Source: Bacilli bacterium (GTDB lineage: Bacteria > Bacillota_I > Bacilli_A > RF39 > UBA660). From it: 64,000 bases of DNA. The notes below the pieces were generated by a model, which saw only the letters and a program-made list of their open reading frames with translations, was not told the DNA's origin and searched no databases. Positions 10,790-19,896 of this stretch are shown here, one piece after another. The DNA is taken from assembly GCA_017433415.1 (NCBI GenBank), contig JAFRHI010000027.1:20615-84614 (forward strand). The letters run 5' to 3'. Position 1 is the stretch's first letter; the number at the start of each line of letters is the position of its first letter. The position numbers and the translations under genes are program-made.

Positions 10790-11548
10790 ATGAGTGATGA
10801 AGAATTATTGACTAAATATCGTGAATATAAGAAGAAGAGAATGATTATTATTTCAATTATTGTTCTCTTTTTTATATTGATAGCAGGTTTAATTTTATAT
10901 TTTCATTTTAATAATACTTCATCTACTGATTTAGAAGAAAAACCAAAAGAAGATGTAATAGTAAAGGATGAAGAAGCTCCAATTATTAAATTAAAAATAG
11001 AAGAATTAGAAGTTAAGAAAGGGGATGATATAAACTACATTGAATATGTAGAAAGTGTTGAAGACAAAGTTGATGGTGATTTAATAGAAGAATTAAAATA
11101 CGAAGAGATTGATACTTCAAATGTTGGAGAACAATCTATTGTATATAGTGTTAGTGATAAATCAGGAAACACAAGTCAAGCAGTATTAAAGGTTATTGTT
11201 AAAGAACAAGAAGCACCAGAAGAACCTGAAACTCCTGAAGAAAATAAATCTACTGAAAGTAGAAAAACTCCACCAAAAGAAGAATCTAATAATAAAAATA
11301 CAGGCACAACTCAGCAACCACAACAACAACCAAAACAAGAACAACCTAAGCAAGAAGAACCTCCAAAACAAGAAAATAATACTTCTGGAAAAGTGGTAAA
11401 ATATTTTCTTTTTTCTGATGGATATACAATGCTTAATGTAGCTGATGCTTGTGCTTCTGAATTAAAGAAAACAAATAGAACTGGTATGTGTAGTCCTATA
11501 CAGGATGAAAATGGTATCTATTTAGGAATGAAACTAGAAACAAATTAA
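10790..11548 (+). CDS. membrane-anchored DUF5011/Ig-like domain protein with P/Q/E-rich linker
   Basis: 252 aa; N-terminal TM; ...GDDINY...DGDLIEELKY...VGEQSIVYSVSDKSGN...; low-complexity PQ-rich segment. Confidence 0.5.
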   Translation: MSDEELLTKYREYKKKRMIIISIIVLFFILIAGLILYFHFNNTSSTDLEEKPKEDVIVKDEEAPIIKLKIEELEVKKGDDINYIEYVESVEDKVDGDLIEELKYEEIDTSNVGEQSIVYSVSDKSGNTSQAVLKVIVKEQEAPEEPETPEENKSTESRKTPPKEESNNKNTGTTQQPQQQPKQEQPKQEEPPKQENNTSGKVVKYFLFSDGYTMLNVADACASELKKTNRTGMCSPIQDENGIYLGMKLETN

Positions 11549-11566
11549 TATAGAAAAGGAGAGCAA

Positions 11567-11848
11567 ATGAAAGAAATATTTACAGAAAAAGAATATACTG
11601 AAGCTGTTCAAAAAGCTAATGAAAAAGTCATGAATGATTTTTATAGTAATTTAAATAATTATTCACCTTTTGATAATTATGTGGATTTAAATAATTATGA
11701 AATAACAGATGAAGAATTCAGATTGCTATGGAGATGTCAAGAGTTATTACAATACTATGATGCAAATAAAAAAATGCTTGGTAATAATTGTATTAATATT
11801 TTTGATTCGTTAAAAGAAAAATATATGAATTCATTTAAGGAAGATTAA
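11567..11848 (+). CDS. hypothetical protein
   Basis: 93 aa ORF with SD aaaggag. Confidence 0.5.
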   Translation: MKEIFTEKEYTEAVQKANEKVMNDFYSNLNNYSPFDNYVDLNNYEITDEEFRLLWRCQELLQYYDANKKMLGNNCINIFDSLKEKYMNSFKED

Positions 11849-11850
11849 AA

Positions 11851-12066
11851 ATGAATAACGAATATATAAAAAAATTATTTGAAGAGAATAAAGAAAAGTT
11901 TGTTCAAGCAGGTATGGATATATTATCACCTGAGGATCTAAAAGATACAATGATTTCTTATATTACTTCAAATATGCAATATGATTTTGATATTGATGTT
12001 TTAGAAAGTAAATTATTTAATCAAGATACTATTGAGCAAGACTTAGAAGAAGATTTAGAGAAGTAA
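11851..12066 (+). CDS. hypothetical acidic protein (tail EEDLEK)
   Basis: 71 aa ORF, tightly packed after the previous gene. Confidence 0.5.
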   Translation: MNNEYIKKLFEENKEKFVQAGMDILSPEDLKDTMISYITSNMQYDFDIDVLESKLFNQDTIEQDLEEDLEK

Positions 12067-12083
12067 ATTTTTTTAGTTTAAAT

Positions 12084-12111
12084 GTCTACTATTGTGGACA
12101 AAAGAAAGGAT
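12084..12111 (+). promoter_or_regulatory. conserved 28-nt block, copy 1: imperfect palindrome GTCTAC-TATT-GTGGAC plus SD
   Basis: tgtctactattgtggacaaaagaaagga ends 8 nt before the ATG of the XRE gene; 27/28 identical to 15564..15591. Confidence 0.55.
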
Positions 12112-12119
12112 AAAAATTT

Positions 12120-12497
12120 ATGAAAAATAATTATAGTTTTATTGCTGAAGTATTTAGAAAAAGAAGAGTTGAATTAGGTTATAGTAAAAGAAAACTAGCA
12201 GCCATTATTGGAATTAGTGATACAGAAATATCAAGAATTGAACATGGTGAAAGAGAAAACTACAATTTAGTTACATTAATAAAATTATGTGAAGTTTTAA
12301 AAATAGACTTTATTCATTTGCTAGTATTAGCTGGTTATCTTCCATCAGATCAAATTAATAACGAGGATAATATAACAGAAATGGAATCATTGTTAGATGA
12401 TGAATGTGATGATATTAATGATGAAGAATGTGATGCTTGTCCATTATGTGAACCAATAGAAATTATTATAACTTTAGTATCTGGGAGGGATAAATAA
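12120..12497 (+). CDS. XRE-family helix-turn-helix transcriptional regulator
   Basis: 125 aa; HTH signature LGYSKRKLAAIIGISDTEISRIEHGER; acidic C-terminal part with C-x7-C-x2-C-x2-C. Confidence 0.75.
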   Translation: MKNNYSFIAEVFRKRRVELGYSKRKLAAIIGISDTEISRIEHGERENYNLVTLIKLCEVLKIDFIHLLVLAGYLPSDQINNEDNITEMESLLDDECDDINDEECDACPLCEPIEIIITLVSGRDK

Positions 12498-12835
12498 TGG
12501 ATATTTTAATAATTAGTAATGAGAATAATATTCTTCATATTTTTAATGATGGATATAAATGTGATTATACAATCTATAATTCAAAAGGTCATAACATGGA
12601 TGGTGGTGTATTAGATTTTGATGAAAAAGTATCTAATAAAGAATCAACAGATGAGATTATAAAAATGATTCAAGATAGATTTTTATTTAATGCACCATAT
12701 ACTTGTTTATCTGGTGATAAAGCACAAAATTTATTAGAGCTAATTGAAATGGAAGATTATAAAAATTTACAGCACCAAATAGAGAATAAGTCAGTAAATA
12801 ATAAAGAAGTAAATGATATAGAAATTAATATTTAA
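12497..12835 (+). CDS. hypothetical protein (tail NDIEINI)
   Basis: 112 aa; start overlaps the upstream stop (taATG). Confidence 0.5.
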   Translation: MDILIISNENNILHIFNDGYKCDYTIYNSKGHNMDGGVLDFDEKVSNKESTDEIIKMIQDRFLFNAPYTCLSGDKAQNLLELIEMEDYKNLQHQIENKSVNNKEVNDIEINI

Positions 12836-12852
12836 TAGAAAAGGAGAAAAAT

Positions 12853-13434
12853 ATGAGAAAATTTTATGATGATTTTATTCAACAAAAACCAAAAGAAATG
12901 TCAAAGACGCTTGAGGATATAGTTTTTAAATATACTAATCCTGAAACGCATCAACCAACAAAAGTTCCTGCTTCTCACTTTGAAAAAGAATTTGGACAAG
13001 AAGTAGAAAGGGCAATTAGCCAATCAGTTAATAGACAATTTTTAACAATTATGTATGGACAATTAAATGCTTTAAAGAAAGATAATGAACAACTTTTTTA
13101 TCAAGCTTTAATATGTATTGATAACAATTTAAATCCAAAAGATTTAAGACTATCAGAACAAATCGCAATAAATCATACTTATGATTATATTCAAGATAAA
13201 CAAAGAACTGAGAAAAAAGAATTCCATTTCTTCAATCAAGAAATATCTAATGAATATCATAGAGCAATCACAGATCCTAATATTCAAGCAGAGGCAATGG
13301 AAATATCTAATTTTCTTGAAAATCAAGAATCAATTGAATTAAATCGTATAAAACAGGATACTGAACAACAACTTAATTCAAATTCTAATAATGAATATGA
13401 AATGGAAAATGACGATATGGAAATGGATTATTAA
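12853..13434 (+). CDS. hypothetical protein (tail DDMEMDY)
   Basis: 193 aa; SD aaaggag. Confidence 0.5.
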   Translation: MRKFYDDFIQQKPKEMSKTLEDIVFKYTNPETHQPTKVPASHFEKEFGQEVERAISQSVNRQFLTIMYGQLNALKKDNEQLFYQALICIDNNLNPKDLRLSEQIAINHTYDYIQDKQRTEKKEFHFFNQEISNEYHRAITDPNIQAEAMEISNFLENQESIELNRIKQDTEQQLNSNSNNEYEMENDDMEMDY

Positions 13435-13455
13435 TTTATATGAAAGGAGATTTGT

Positions 13456-14472
13456 ATGTATAGTAAAATAGAAAACTTTTTATTAGATGTAAAGGCAAAT
13501 GATGAAGTCTTTGATTATCAACAAAAAGAGTATAAACTTCATAAAGAGCATTATGATGATAGATTTGATCTTTTATATATTAAAGAAAATCAAAACACTT
13601 TAAGACAAAATCGCAGTTATTATAATTTGTGTGGTTATTATGATAACAAAGACCATTGTATATATAATGCTGAAAATTTTTTAACTGATAAAATACAAGA
13701 AAGTGATGTTATAAGGTTTGACAGATTTGATAATTTAAATCAAAAAATTTTAAATGAAGTAAAACAATATATAAATGACTATTGTTTTGCTCACGAAAAA
13801 GATTTAACTAAATTAGCTCAAGAAAAATATGATACAAAGGATGATACAAGATTATTTGAATATAAAAAAGAAATTAATAAACTTTTTATTACTAAGGATA
13901 ATCCAACAGCAGATTTAACAATCTCAATCAGTAATTATGACATTGATTATGATAATAATATTATTTCATATTTAAATAATCCAAAAAAAGCAATAGAAGA
14001 AATATCTAAAAGATTTATTGAAAGAAACGGAAAAAGTTATGGATTAGAATTATTAATTTATCATGATAAGGTAAGCTATTTAAAAGAATTACAAGAGAAT
14101 AAAGATAATGCTTATGACAATATACATTCTTGTAAAAAAATTCTAGATGCTATTAAGTATGTAGATGCTAAAACAGTTAATATTACAATTCAATATGGTG
14201 AGAAGAGTTTAACATTTAAATATGAACTTGATGATTTAAGAAGTGCATTATCAAGTGGTAAAATGGAAACTTCAACTTATAATAATGGATATGGAATAGT
14301 ATCAGAATTTGTTAAAGCAAATGATCCAAATATTACTGATAAGAATCAATGGAGATGTCCATTTTCAATTCCTACAATTAGTTCTATAACAAGTGGTAGA
14401 AACGAAATATATTCCAAAGAAACCCCAAGCATTGAAAAAGAAGTAGAAGAAGATTTGGAAATAGAAATGTAA
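13456..14472 (+). CDS. hypothetical protein, paralog 1 of a tandem pair (tail EEDLEIEM)
   Basis: 338 aa; colinear similarity to 14494..15549, including an identical 19-aa block DAKTVNITIQYGEKSLTFK. Confidence 0.6.
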   Translation: MYSKIENFLLDVKANDEVFDYQQKEYKLHKEHYDDRFDLLYIKENQNTLRQNRSYYNLCGYYDNKDHCIYNAENFLTDKIQESDVIRFDRFDNLNQKILNEVKQYINDYCFAHEKDLTKLAQEKYDTKDDTRLFEYKKEINKLFITKDNPTADLTISISNYDIDYDNNIISYLNNPKKAIEEISKRFIERNGKSYGLELLIYHDKVSYLKELQENKDNAYDNIHSCKKILDAIKYVDAKTVNITIQYGEKSLTFKYELDDLRSALSSGKMETSTYNNGYGIVSEFVKANDPNITDKNQWRCPFSIPTISSITSGRNEIYSKETPSIEKEVEEDLEIEM

Positions 14473-14493
14473 TTTAAGGGGTGATAATTAAAT

Positions 14494-15549
14494 ATGGATA
14501 TAGAAAGATTTCTTTTAAACTCTGATGTTAATGATTTAATTTTTGAAGGTACTTATAATCATCAAAAAATTCATAAAGAAAAATTTGATGATAGATTTGT
14601 AGTTATATATACAAAAACAAATCATAGTTATTTATCACAAGATAATTATGAAGTAGCTGGATATTTGGATACAAAAGATAGAGTATTATATGATTGCACT
14701 TATTATCTAAATGAATTATTACCTAAAGAAAAGAATTTAATTAAACAAAGTTCTTTTGGCGTTTTAGGTGAAAAACTATGGAATGAAATAGAGGATTATA
14801 TTGAAAAATATTCTTTTGCAAATGAAGATAAACTAAAAGAAATCGCTACTGAAAAATATGACAATTTAGAAGATTATAGAAAAGAAGTTTACAAACGAGA
14901 TGTCAGGCAACAATTTGTTCAAGAAATGAAACCAATAATAAAACTTCAAAGATCATATTCCAGTTATGAGTTTACTAATCTTCCAGAGTATAGAGGTCAT
15001 TATATAGATGTGGAATATTTAAATAGTCCTCAAGAAACTGTTGAAAAATATTCTAATAAAATAATAGAAACTATTGATGATTATAGAAATAATAAAGAAA
15101 ATTTAGGATTAGAATTATTAATCTTTCGTGATAAAATCAAATATTTAGATGTTATAAAAGATAATAAAAATAATGAATTCAAGGATCTATATATTAAAAG
15201 AGAAATATATAATTCTATCAAAGATATAGATGCTAAGACAGTTAATATTACAATTCAATACGGTGAGAAGAGTTTAACATTTAAATTTGATTATAGTGCA
15301 TTAAAGAGAGATTTAACAAATGATAGTAAAGGTAGCTGTGGATATGGTAAATCGTATGAAGAAGTATCAAATTTTATTAAGGAGAATTCTGATAAAGAAG
15401 TGAATAGATGGACAGAAGACTTTAATTTTTCAAATATAACTTCTATTACCTATGGAAAGAATGAATTATATCATCACGATTTATCATCTTCAAAAAATAT
15501 GGAAGAAGATATTCAGGAACAAGAGGAAGACATTGAAATAGAAATGTAA
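14494..15549 (+). CDS. hypothetical protein, paralog 2 of a tandem pair (tail EEDIEIEM)
   Basis: 351 aa; see paralog 1. Confidence 0.6.
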   Translation: MDIERFLLNSDVNDLIFEGTYNHQKIHKEKFDDRFVVIYTKTNHSYLSQDNYEVAGYLDTKDRVLYDCTYYLNELLPKEKNLIKQSSFGVLGEKLWNEIEDYIEKYSFANEDKLKEIATEKYDNLEDYRKEVYKRDVRQQFVQEMKPIIKLQRSYSSYEFTNLPEYRGHYIDVEYLNSPQETVEKYSNKIIETIDDYRNNKENLGLELLIFRDKIKYLDVIKDNKNNEFKDLYIKREIYNSIKDIDAKTVNITIQYGEKSLTFKFDYSALKRDLTNDSKGSCGYGKSYEEVSNFIKENSDKEVNRWTEDFNFSNITSITYGKNELYHHDLSSSKNMEEDIQEQEEDIEIEM

Positions 15550-15563
15550 TATTTTACTCAAGG

Positions 15564-15591
15564 TGTCTACTATTGTGGACTAAAGAAAGGA
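15564..15591 (+). promoter_or_regulatory. conserved 28-nt block, copy 2
   Basis: tgtctactattgtggactaaagaaagga ends 7 nt before the TTG start at 15599. Confidence 0.55.
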
Positions 15592-15598
15592 GGATTTA

Positions 15599-15979
15599 TT
15601 GATAAATAAAGAGAATAAGTGGTTAGATTTTATTGCAGGAATAAATACAATCATGGTATCTAATGAAGAAGAATTTAATAAGTTTCGGAAATTCTTAGAT
15701 GATTTGGGTATAGGAAAAATATTAAATGATTATAGAACATTTTCAGATTGGCAGCATTTATCTGAAATAAATAATAAGAATCCAAATTATATTGTTTTTG
15801 AATTTCAAATAACAAAAGGTTTGACATTTGGATATACAAAAGAATCATCTAAAGATTGGTTTGGCGTAGAACCATTAAATGTTAAAGATTTGGAATCGTT
15901 TTATAAGAATAGTAAATTATTAAGTATGAAATTTGAAAAGAAAAATGAATTAGATTTAGATGAAGAAATAGAAAAATAG
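15599..15979 (+). CDS. hypothetical protein (TTG start; tail LDEEIEK)
   Basis: 126 aa; SD aggagga upstream of the TTG. Confidence 0.5.
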   Translation: MINKENKWLDFIAGINTIMVSNEEEFNKFRKFLDDLGIGKILNDYRTFSDWQHLSEINNKNPNYIVFEFQITKGLTFGYTKESSKDWFGVEPLNVKDLESFYKNSKLLSMKFEKKNELDLDEEIEK

Positions 15980-15995
15980 AAAAGGAGAAATTTAT

Positions 15996-16367
15996 ATGTT
16001 TAATCAAACTTTACTTGTAGGTAGAATTGTAGCAAATCCAGAAATAAGACAAACAGAAGCAGGAAAAAATTATGCTAGTATTACAATAGCAGTTCCAAAA
16101 CCATACACCAATGAAGAAGGAGTTCATGAAGCTAATTTTATAGATTTAACAGCGTGGAATGATAGGGTAGTAAAAAAATCAGATCATTTATTAAAGGGTG
16201 ATTTAGTTCTTATCGAAGCATCAATACAAACTAGATTAGTAGAAAAAGATGGACAAAAAATTAAATATACTGATATTGTTGCTGATAATATTAATTATTT
16301 AAATCATAGCAAAAACCAAGACAAAACATTACAAAACGATGAGGTTGAAGAGGAGATGGATATATGA
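15996..16367 (+). CDS. ssb: single-stranded DNA-binding protein
   Basis: 123 aa; OB-fold N-terminus MFNQTLLVGRIVANPEIRQTEAGKNYASITIAV; acidic C-terminal tip EVEEEMDI. Confidence 0.8.
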   Translation: MFNQTLLVGRIVANPEIRQTEAGKNYASITIAVPKPYTNEEGVHEANFIDLTAWNDRVVKKSDHLLKGDLVLIEASIQTRLVEKDGQKIKYTDIVADNINYLNHSKNQDKTLQNDEVEEEMDI

Positions 16368-16567
16368 TAATTAGAGATGATATTGAACTTGAAATAGTAT
16401 ATTCAAAAGAAGAAAAAATTGTTTATATTGGTACACCTTCATCTTCTGGTGCTAAGTATAAATGCGAAACAATTGATGATTTAAAAAAATCAATTGATAG
16501 TTATATTGAAAGCTATGTAGAATATGATAAAATTCCAACACATGAAGATATTGAAATAGATAAATAA
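16364..16567 (+). CDS. hypothetical protein (tail EDIEIDK)
   Basis: 67 aa; ATGA overlap with ssb; GGAG SD lies inside the ssb tail. Confidence 0.5.
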   Translation: MIIRDDIELEIVYSKEEKIVYIGTPSSSGAKYKCETIDDLKKSIDSYIESYVEYDKIPTHEDIEIDK

Positions 16568-16570
16568 TTA

Positions 16571-17128
16571 ATGAAAACTAGAATTTTTATTGATATGGAT
16601 GGTACTCTTGCTGAATGGAGAGATATAAAATCAAATAGTGAACTTTATGAAAAAGGTTATTATGAATCTTTAAAACCTAATAATTTTTTGTTAGAAGAAG
16701 TAAAGAATCTTATTAAAGAGGGAAAGGATATTTATATTCTTTCTTCTTTTTTAAGTGATAGTAATTATGCTCTAAAAGAAAAAAATCTTTGGTTAAATAA
16801 ATATCTTCCAGAGTTACCAATTCAAAAAAGAATTTTTGTTCCTTATGGTGATGTTAAATATAAGTATTTACCAAGTAAGATAACAGCGTTTGATTATTTA
16901 GTTGATGATCATACAAAAAATCTTCTTGATTGGAAAGATGCAGGAGGAACTGGAATAAAGTTTTTAAACGGAATAAATCATATTAAAGGAGTGTGGCAAG
17001 GATTACTTTTAAGAGAAGATGAAGATATATCTAAGAATTTTAACTGGATTCTTGATAATTGTTTTAAAGAACCTATAAAGTCTTTTGAATTTCAAAATTT
17101 AGAAGAAGATTTAGAAGTGGAAATATGA
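16571..17128 (+). CDS. HAD-superfamily 5'(3')-deoxyribonucleotidase (NT5C-like)
   Basis: 185 aa; HAD motif I FIDMDGTLAEW; length and layout resemble NT5C-type enzymes; tail EEDLEVEI. Confidence 0.6.
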   Translation: MKTRIFIDMDGTLAEWRDIKSNSELYEKGYYESLKPNNFLLEEVKNLIKEGKDIYILSSFLSDSNYALKEKNLWLNKYLPELPIQKRIFVPYGDVKYKYLPSKITAFDYLVDDHTKNLLDWKDAGGTGIKFLNGINHIKGVWQGLLLREDEDISKNFNWILDNCFKEPIKSFEFQNLEEDLEVEI

Positions 17129-17340
17129 AAGGAGAATATAAATTGAATAAAGCATTAGAAAAGAAAATTGAAAAATTAGAAGGTTTAAAAAAGAAGGAAT
17201 TAGAAAAAATAGATGCGATTAATGTTGTAATATCTGACTATGATAAGCAATTAAAAGTTTTATATGATTATAAAAAGCAACAAGAAAAAATTTATCAAAT
17301 GCAACAAGATCTTGATACCAAAATTTTAGGAGATAAATAA
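17125..17340 (+). CDS. hypothetical coiled-coil protein
   Basis: 71 aa, Lys/Glu heptad-like sequence; ATGA overlap upstream. An in-frame TTG at 17143 after aaaggag is an alternative start. Confidence 0.45.
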   Translation: MKGEYKLNKALEKKIEKLEGLKKKELEKIDAINVVISDYDKQLKVLYDYKKQQEKIYQMQQDLDTKILGDK

Positions 17341-18284
17341 TGAATTTAGTTCGTGAAAAAATATCTCCGAACGGATATAGAAGATTAAATGTTGATATAA
17401 ATATTCAAGAAAATGAAGAACCTAACCACGATAATGTGTTTTGGTATGGAGGAGAAGTAGCAAGTATAAAGTCTTCAGAAGGAGAATATAAAATTGTTGC
17501 TAGAGGAATAGTATCGTGTAATTTAATTGCAAAAAAAGATTATATAATGCCTGATGGTGAAGAAATAAAAGCAGGTAATATAATAGCTCATGTTAAAGAT
17601 AAAAATGAAGTAGGAGCATTTAAAAAAGAAATGTCATTATATATAAAAAATGACAAAGAATTATCTGATATTATATATAACAAACACAAATTATTTAAAT
17701 TAGAAGTTGATAATAATAATTGGTTTGAATTGTCTTTTTATAATAATGAAGGAGAAATTGAGTATGATGATGTTATGAGTTCATTGTATTTAAAAGATGC
17801 AGTAGAAGAAGTTTTAGATATGATTTGGGAACAAAATAAAGATAATAAATTATATTCAATTTACTGTCGTGTAGCAAATTCAGATGGTGGAACATTAAAT
17901 GCAATAAAAAGCCAAATCGATAAATGTTTATATTCAATCAATCAAAATGCTAAAGGAAATACAGAACTAATTAGAATTTATTTTGATAGATGTTCTGGAT
18001 TAAAGAATCATGAAAAAGCATTTGGAAAAGCATTAGAAGATATAAAGAATAATAAGACACTAGATTTATATTCTGTTAATATTTCACGATTATCAAGAGA
18101 TGTAAAAAGAATGATAGATATAAGGGAAATATTAAAAGATAGTGAATCAGATATATTTGTTGTTAATGAAAATGCTTATGTATATAAAGAATTATTTAAT
18201 CAAATTACCATTCCAATATTTTATGAAATGACAGATAAAGAAATAGCTGAAGAACCTGAAATGGATGAAATAGAATATGAGTAA
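17340..18284 (+). CDS. unknown N-terminal domain fused to a resolvase-like (serine recombinase catalytic) domain lacking the nucleophile Ser
   Basis: 314 aa. The C-terminal half aligns by eye with gamma-delta resolvase: YCRVANSD (vs Y-x-RVS-T), FDRCSG (vs D-K-ASG), ISRLSRD (vs LDRLGRD). The catalytic Ser position is Ala. Confidence 0.6.
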   Translation: MNLVREKISPNGYRRLNVDINIQENEEPNHDNVFWYGGEVASIKSSEGEYKIVARGIVSCNLIAKKDYIMPDGEEIKAGNIIAHVKDKNEVGAFKKEMSLYIKNDKELSDIIYNKHKLFKLEVDNNNWFELSFYNNEGEIEYDDVMSSLYLKDAVEEVLDMIWEQNKDNKLYSIYCRVANSDGGTLNAIKSQIDKCLYSINQNAKGNTELIRIYFDRCSGLKNHEKAFGKALEDIKNNKTLDLYSVNISRLSRDVKRMIDIREILKDSESDIFVVNENAYVYKELFNQITIPIFYEMTDKEIAEEPEMDEIEYE

Positions 18285-19224
18285 ACTTCCTAAAACAAGA
18301 CAAGAATTAATTGATATGTATATCAAAAGTTTAGAGGAAGGAAATATTCCATGGGAGCAAATGTGGAAGACTTCCATTCCTGAAAATGCTATTTCTGGAA
18401 TAAAATATAGAGGTGTAAATAATTTATATTTATCATACATTGCATATAAAAGAGGATATAAAGATAATAGATGGATAACATTTAATCAAATGGGAAAAAA
18501 GCATTGGAAGTTTATTAATTCTGCAAAAGGTCAAGGTGTACCAGTAGAATGGTGGGCAATGAAAAATAAAAGAGATAATAAGATAATTAGTTTTGAAGAA
18601 TATAATAAAATAATAGAAGAAAATCCAGATAAAGAAAAAGAATTTAAAATAAGTAAAATGAGTTATACAGTTTTTAATGGTGATTTAGTTGATGGATTAG
18701 TTAATGATAAAGTAGAACAAAAACAAGAAATTATTAGCAATGATTATATTCAAAATATTATTGATAATATTGGTGTAGGATATAAAGAAGAAGGAGAAGA
18801 AGCTTATTATAGTCCTTCTAAAGATATGGTTGTTTTACCACCATCAAATAGTTTCAAAACAAGCAATTCTTATTATGCTACACAGCTTCATGAACTTGCT
18901 CATTCAACAGGACATGAAACAAGATTAGCAAGAAATCTTAAAGATCATTTTGGAACAGAGGGTTATGCTAAAGAAGAATTAAGAGCAGAGATTAGTTCTT
19001 CTTTTTTAATGCAAAAGTTTCATCTAGAAGAAGATACAAGACATTTAAATAATCATAAAAGTTATGTTAAAAACTGGTTAGAAATATTAAAAAACAATCC
19101 ACAAGAATTATTTAATGCAATAACTGATGCTAATAAAATTGTTGATTATTTAGAAGAAAATAGTATTAAAAAAGAGAAAAATCAAACCATTGATTTAGAA
19201 CAAGAAATGGAGATGGATATATGA
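18277..19224 (+). CDS. ardC: ArdC-like antirestriction protein (ssDNA-binding N-domain + zincin metalloprotease domain)
   Basis: 315 aa; N-terminal ...EEGNIPWEQMW...YRGVNNLYL...; C-terminal HExxH QLHELAHSTGHE. Confidence 0.8.
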   Translation: MSKLPKTRQELIDMYIKSLEEGNIPWEQMWKTSIPENAISGIKYRGVNNLYLSYIAYKRGYKDNRWITFNQMGKKHWKFINSAKGQGVPVEWWAMKNKRDNKIISFEEYNKIIEENPDKEKEFKISKMSYTVFNGDLVDGLVNDKVEQKQEIISNDYIQNIIDNIGVGYKEEGEEAYYSPSKDMVVLPPSNSFKTSNSYYATQLHELAHSTGHETRLARNLKDHFGTEGYAKEELRAEISSSFLMQKFHLEEDTRHLNNHKSYVKNWLEILKNNPQELFNAITDANKIVDYLEENSIKKEKNQTIDLEQEMEMDI

Positions 19225-19562
19225 TTGAAGAATTTAATAAAATAAAAGAATATTCGGCATCATTTAATAATTATAATATTTATGATTATTGTTTCTTCAT
19301 AGGATTAACAAATGTAAAAGAAAATATACCTAATGATGAACTTGAATTATTAATAAAAAAATGTGGAGAAGTTCATAGTGATTATACAGATCCAATTGAA
19401 TTAGGTCAATCACTTGCAAACGAAATATATACAGAAAAAAATATAACAATAGATGATATAAAGTCATTGACGGTGGATGAATTCTATAACTGGTACGATG
19501 ATGGAAGAGAAGTTGGAAATCCAATTGAAATAGATTCTTTAGATGAAAGGGAGATTGATTAA
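19221..19562 (+). CDS. hypothetical protein (tail LDEREID)
   Basis: 113 aa; ATGA overlap with ardC. Confidence 0.5.
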   Translation: MIEEFNKIKEYSASFNNYNIYDYCFFIGLTNVKENIPNDELELLIKKCGEVHSDYTDPIELGQSLANEIYTEKNITIDDIKSLTVDEFYNWYDDGREVGNPIEIDSLDEREID

Positions 19563-19563
19563 T

Positions 19564-19896
19564 ATGAATGTATTCTCTATATATAAAGCAATGCCAGAAG
19601 TTCATAGAAATAATTTAAAATCTTATTATATTCTTGAAGGAATATATGATTGTTTTCCTGATATAGCTGAAGAAGATGCTAAATTTATTCATAACATTTC
19701 ATTAAAAGTTGAAAATGAAAATATAAATCCTTATTCAATTTCGCATTATTTGACAGATCATTATACAAGAGGAAATATAACAAAAGAAGATTTAGAAAAA
19801 GCATCCTCTGGTGAAATTTGTGAAGCAGTATATTTTAATAATTTAGATTATATGAATTTAGAAAAAGAGTTAAATGAGGAGGAAAAAGAGATATGA
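19564..19896 (+). CDS. hypothetical protein (tail EEEKEI)
   Basis: Track ORF starts at 19543. The ATG at 19564 follows SD agggag and sits 1 nt after the upstream stop. Weakly similar to the preceding ORF (NITKEDLEKAS vs NITIDDIKSLT). Confidence 0.5.
   Translation: MNVFSIYKAMPEVHRNNLKSYYILEGIYDCFPDIAEEDAKFIHNISLKVENENINPYSISHYLTDHYTRGNITKEDLEKASSGEICEAVYFNNLDYMNLEKELNEEEKEI

Noticed and set aside
11200-11400. P/Q/E/K-rich repetitive stretch as a tandem-repeat or regulatory element
   Set aside because: It is an in-frame low-complexity linker of ORF 10790-11548. The alternative-frame ORFs there are compositional artefacts.
16364-16367. Alternative genetic code (TGA = Trp), given the extreme AT-richness
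   Set aside because: TGA closes many well-defined genes at conserved lengths (for example ssb, NT5C-like, ardC, spoVAC), and ATGA overlaps are used for coupling. The standard code 11 fits.
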